A DNA stretch of 62,030 nt, filler included, from Stramenopiles sp. TOSAG23-3 (lineage: Eukaryota), in NCBI GenBank assembly GCA_900128585.1. It is 5 parts of 5 records of this genome, joined end to end, with 100 filler letters (N's around TTAATTAATTAA, not from the genome) between each part and the next. Parts side by side here need not be neighbours in the genome. Positions count along the whole stretch, not along the records: positions 57,733 to 59,831 come from LT645076.1; positions 59,932 to 62,030 come from LT645077.1; 3 more parts are not named here. One strand, 5' to 3'. Positions 57,733 to 62,030 of this stretch are shown here, piece after piece. Both the position numbers and the translations under genes were made by a program. The first letter of the stretch is position 1; every line of letters begins with the position of its first letter. The notes under the pieces are model-generated. The model worked only from the letters and a program-made list of their open reading frames with translations. It was not told the origin of the DNA and searched no databases.

Positions 57733-59831
57733 CGCGGTTGTTCTCGACAATTTTCCAAAAAGTTGCTCATCGAAGCCTGAACTGCGATATAGTCTTCTGC
57801 AATTTTCTCCGTGAAAAACTCAGCAAGGGTTTGGCTCTGCACCAATTTGTTGATATTGTCTTCAGGCCAGAACACTCTGAATATATCATAGAATTCTTGG
57901 TGCCGCGTAAATATCTTATAGAAGAAATCATGGTGGTCTTTCGGAGAATACGCGTTCCTTTTCTTGACTTCGTTTTCGAACCGATTTTGAAGGGCATCGA
58001 GGCATTGAACAGCAAACTTCTTAAGCTTTTCATCTTGTTCCTCCAATGATCGTTTGTAAGATACCACCTCCTTTTCTTCAGTAACCAATTTCCTGATTGT
58101 AGTGTCATCCAAGTCACAACAATCGCTGTGCAAATAGATTGTATAATCCTCTGAGTGTTTCATCCACACGCGACTCATATCTTTCAATAACTTCACCAAT
58201 CTTGAATAATTTGTAAGTAATACTTGGAATTCCCGACTGTCAACTGCATCGCTTGGGTTCTTAATTGTATCGCCCTTGCCGGTGATCGTGTTAAAGAGCC
58301 TGTCTAAACATTTTTTAACGGCGTCAATGTATTGAGTGGAGCGATACATATCTACTGGATCATCGGTGTACACATCTACTGCTGACCGCCCGATCAAATG
58401 AGCAGTAATCACATCGTTGCTAAACTTGTACCCTGTTTCAGAAAAACCGTTTGCGCTGTGATGAAATTCGAATTTGTTTCTATAGAATGGAATAGACCCG
58501 TCTGATAATAGCTCTGTCATCCCTTTATCAAGAATATCAGAACATTTGTCGAAATTCTCCTTCAATTGGTTTTCAACACACTCCATTGAGTAGTGGTAAG
58601 CCAATGAAGCGTTTCTTGACACCTGCCGCTGGTTCCGATTTATGTTACTGTCGAACAGTTGCAACTCGTCTAATTTACGCTTAACAATATCGAAGTACTT
58701 CTTCAAAAACGCCTTTTCCACGTTATTTTTGTGTAAACCAAGCATTGTATTAATTTTTAGTTGCGCCTCGCTGCTGATACAGTAAGTAAACTTTTGCCCA
58801 TCAACTTGGTTAGCCTGTTCACGACATAGTTGCTTATGGATATCAAGAGGATTGTCTGTCATTGGTGAGAGGCCAAACCAATCGACAGTGTTTGACCCAA
58901 CTAGGAAGTCATCAAGTTTGCTTTGCATTGCTCTTATCGTTCCTTTCAATGGATTTTCCAGGGGCAAGGTTCTATACTCGTCAGTTCGTAAAAGTTCTCT
59001 CAGGTCATTAAGTAGCCTTCTTGCATATCTCTCCCGTGCCATCTTGATTCTCTTGTTTGCTTCCTCCCCATCAAACCTTAAACTTCCTTGCTCATCCAAG
59101 ACATCTTTGGCCACAGGGTATCTCGTAAATATCGTTGACCAATTTGTTTTGTCCAGCGCTTGACCTACAAAAGAAACCATATGTTCGATCAATCCTCTCA
59201 CAAGTAGTAATCTGTTATCACTTACATCTTTCATGGAGATCACTGCCACAAGTCGAACAGAAGCAGCTCGCTGAGCAGCTTCAACTACTCCAATACCATT
59301 TGCAACATCTAGTTCTGAACTTCGAGTATCATGAAAGCCTGGAGTATCTACCAGCACCCGTAATGATATATCATCGTTTTCTGTAACCCTCAAATCATCA
59401 GACGGTATATGGATGGCAGTAATATACTTCGTTTCCGATTCCATTGCAGAACTGACCCTGACTTCTTCTAAACTTCTGTTGCACACTTGATCAACAATGA
59501 CGCATTCAGGTTTGTCTGGGTGAATTTTAAATCTTGATCCAGCCAGACAGTGTGTAGTTGTACTCTTGCCGCAACCGGTTGTTCCAACAAGCATGGTAAT
59601 ATCTTTTCCTGCAACGGCTTCCGAAGCTACAATTGCATGAACACATAAGTCATTAAACAGAAGAAAATCAAATGGAATTATTTTTTCTTTGATTTGCCGT
59701 AAGCAGGCAATAGCTTGCACCAGGTTACTTCCTTGATACACGTAGTCTCCCACACAACCCAACGCTTCATCAAGCTCACTGTCCCACTCCTCGTATCTGC
59801 TGAGATACTCACGCAGCGTTTCAAGGCGTTC
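57733..59831 (-). CDS. Internal fragment of a large P-loop (TRAFAC, AIG1/septin-like) GTPase with helical C-terminal region
   Basis: Frame open across the whole 2.1-kb contig; G1 LVGTTGCGKST, G2-like SET, G3 LVDTPGFHDT, G4-position IFTR. Confidence 0.78.
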
Positions 59832-59931
59832 NNNNNNNNNNNNNNNNNNNNNNNNNNNNNNNNNNNNNNNNNNNNTTAATTAATTAANNNNNNNNNNNNN
59901 NNNNNNNNNNNNNNNNNNNNNNNNNNNNNNN
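59832..59931. other. Artificial contig linker
   Basis: N44-TTAATTAATTAA-N44. Confidence 0.98.
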
Positions 59932-60024
59932 GGTACTGGCCTTTGGAGTGCTCCCACCAAACCCAAAATGCTCATCGAGAGGCGGTGGTATTGGCGTTGG
60001 TGGTGGTGGCCCAGAGTCATCCAT
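59932..60024 (-). CDS. Possible 5' end of a gene truncated by the contig edge
   Basis: ATG at 60024 gives MDDSGPPPPTPIPPPLDEHFGFGGSTPKAST, coinciding with the switch from AT-rich to GC-rich sequence. Confidence 0.45.
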
Positions 60025-60371
60025 CGCCGCCCTGTCTATAAAGGAATTCGCTCCTTTTCACAACTCTATACTGGAACGTAATATGTTTATAAACATACAA
60101 CGGTTTAAAAACAAACAACTTATCTACCCCTTTGATAAGAAAGGAATGAACCATGATACAAAAACAAAATTACTAACAAAGAAAACACTATTTACATTTT
60201 TTTTGTCTACCTTCTTTTTTATATTAATTTGATGATAAAAAATATGAATTATTTTATAATATTACCTCCTGTATACCTGTTATAATCTTCGTTATACAAA
60301 TTTTATATGATTGAGCGGGCGGTCGTCTGCGAGGAGGAGAGCGGTGGTGAAACGAATAAAAAAAAATGGAA

Positions 60372-60383
60372 GGAAAGAAATGA

Positions 60384-60415
<32 letters not shown>

Positions 60416-60440
60416 GTCGAAAGAAAGAAAGAAAGAAAGA
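60372..60440. repeat. Imperfect (GAAA)n microsatellite
   Basis: Interrupted tandem GAAA units. Confidence 0.85.
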
Positions 60441-60598
60441 AGAAAATAGTATATTAATTATATAACCTATAATATAATATATACTAACACTCTGTATAGT
60501 ATTAATATGCAATACTTAATGGTATAAATAAAAATAATTCGTTTAGGTCAACTATATGCGATACGGATTTAGATTTTTAATTATTATTTATTATATTA

Positions 60599-62029
60599 TT
60601 ATTTCTTCTCTTTATATTTTGAGTGCAAACTGACGACGACGCAAGAGACATTGTCTTGGGATCCTTTCGCTAGTGCTGCTTGACAGATTGCCTCCGCCCC
60701 CAATGCAACCGTGTCTTCTAGGCACCCGGGATGATTCGCACCCCTTTGCTCTAGGAGAATGCTGCACACTTTGTCGTCGTCTAACGCGTCCCAAACGCCG
60801 TCGGTTGCAAGGATAATGTATGCCGGGTTGCGATGGGCTTTAAGAGGAACAGCACGTGTCGAGGGCAAGCTCGATACGTAAGGGCGAAGGTTTAAGTCGC
60901 CAATTGCTCTACTAACAGCTAGTCCGCCCTTTCCCTTTTCATTGTACACGCGTGACGGGCCATATGGATACCGGTTCCCATCATCTTGCATCCTGGTATT
61001 CCGTCCAACGGTGCCCCCGTACCCTTCTACTCGCTCTTTCTCGGCCGTGCTCTCGGGCTTGTGGCTATCTGTCAGACGCGCTGTCCGGTAGCCCCCCTCC
61101 TCGTCTGGGTTTTCAAAGCAGAATACAACGTCGGAGTCACCAACCCATGCCACCTCCATTATATTGCTTTTTCTATCAAGTTTCAGAAGACTTGCGGTGG
61201 TTCCGGCAGACTGTGCTGCCTTGTTCATTTCGACCTGTACATCGATGTCTACTGCCTCCAACAGATCAAACGGGCTTTCGTCCCCGTGAAAACGTGTCTT
61301 TAACCTTTCTTTTGAAAATTTGGCAATTTCGTTCCCACCATGTCCGTCGAGGACTCCGACCAACACGTTTTCATTGGCGGACACTTCCAGGGTATAATCT
61401 TCCATAAATTTTCGACAGCCGAGGTGTTCTGATTTTCCTACTTTCACATCGAATTCCATTTTTGGGGCGGAACCAGCAGCCAACACTTTTCTGGACGACC
61501 TCCTCGAGCGTGACGTGATATCACTTATCTCTGCAACAATCTCGTCAAACCCCAAACGGTGCGATTCATCGTGGTGCCAGCATTGGAACATTAGTTCTTG
61601 CAGTCTTGATGTTTCCAATGGCTCCATGAACCCCATTACCCTGTCTGAAAACCCGCCAGGGCGCAAGCCGTGGTTTATAACTGCGTCTGCAAACGCTTCC
61701 CTCGTAAAGCTTTGTTCCGATGGCATCGCGTTTATTTTCCCAAAATGAGCAATTCGTTGTTCGAGGAGCTCGTACATCAATATTCCAAATGAATACACAT
61801 CGGTGGGTTTGCCGTAATCTGTCCCTGCCAAAAGCTCCGGGGACATGTACGTCAGGGTGCCAACTTTCTGGTTGGGGAGGGAGGACGTCAGCATCGCCCG
61901 GCCAGAGTCCGGGCATACTTGGCACGCACTGTCAAAGTCGCTTAGTTTCACTTGCCTTAAAGAGATATCTTTCAGGAGGACATTGCTGGGTTTCAAATCG
62001 ACGTGGATGACACTTCTCTTGTGAATGTG
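60599..62029 (-). CDS. Protein kinase (TKL-like) fused to PP2C phosphatase; 5' end outside the window
   Basis: Kinase: IHVDLKPSN, SDFD, GTLTYMSPE, DVYSFG, CW..D...R. PP2C: MED, DGHGG, VGDS, HKP, GLAVSRAIGD, ATDGVWD, SQDN. Confidence 0.92.
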   Translation of the reverse strand, partial: HIHKRSVIHVDLKPSNVLLKDISLRQVKLSDFDSACQVCPDSGRAMLTSSLPNQKVGTLTYMSPELLAGTDYGKPTDVYSFGILMYELLEQRIAHFGKINAMPSEQSFTREAFADAVINHGLRPGGFSDRVMGFMEPLETSRLQELMFQCWHHDESHRLGFDEIVAEISDITSRSRRSSRKVLAAGSAPKMEFDVKVGKSEHLGCRKFMEDYTLEVSANENVLVGVLDGHGGNEIAKFSKERLKTRFHGDESPFDLLEAVDIDVQVEMNKAAQSAGTTASLLKLDRKSNIMEVAWVGDSDVVFCFENPDEEGGYRTARLTDSHKPESTAEKERVEGYGGTVGRNTRMQDDGNRYPYGPSRVYNEKGKGGLAVSRAIGDLNLRPYVSSLPSTRAVPLKAHRNPAYIILATDGVWDALDDDKVCSILLEQRGANHPGCLEDTVALGAEAICQAALAKGSQDNVSCVVVSLHSKYKEKK

Positions 62030-62030
62030 G

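Noticed and set aside
1..62030. tRNA, rRNA or snRNA genes
   Set aside because: None were recognised by eye; tRNAscan-SE or Infernal would be needed to exclude them.

Overview
Gene-dense, intron-poor eukaryotic DNA, by inference from a heterotrophic flagellated protist (stramenopile-like). It has GC-balanced coding regions separated by very AT-rich, low-complexity spacers. The window is five contigs joined by artificial 100-nt N44-TTAATTAATTAA-N44 linkers, so synteny holds only within contigs. It encodes about 28 genes or gene fragments: PH+CaMK kinase, bL33, polycystin-2-like channel, fumarase, purple acid phosphatase, LicD, SCOT, two prolyl-4-hydroxylase-like oxygenases, ODA-docking-complex-like coiled coil, DUF1295, VPS35, phenylalanine hydroxylase, H2B, SNF1/CIPK-like kinase, EF-hand protein, CLPTM1, ankyrin proteins, SDR, a large TRAFAC-type GTPase fragment and a kinase-PP2C fusion. 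Two GT-AG introns are supported. The most notable unexplained structures are: (1) a modular repeat family (direct repeats flanking a degenerate coding-like core) found in three convergent-gene junctions; (2) a 12-mer TATAATTTGTTT recurring just downstream of stop codons; (3) a 333-bp fold-back element with ~140-bp inverted arms; (4) a degenerate Copia-like RNase H remnant; (5) four or five single-base frameshifts, most simply explained as assembly indels. I cannot support any complete novel system from sequence alone. All protein calls rest on motif recognition, with no database search.
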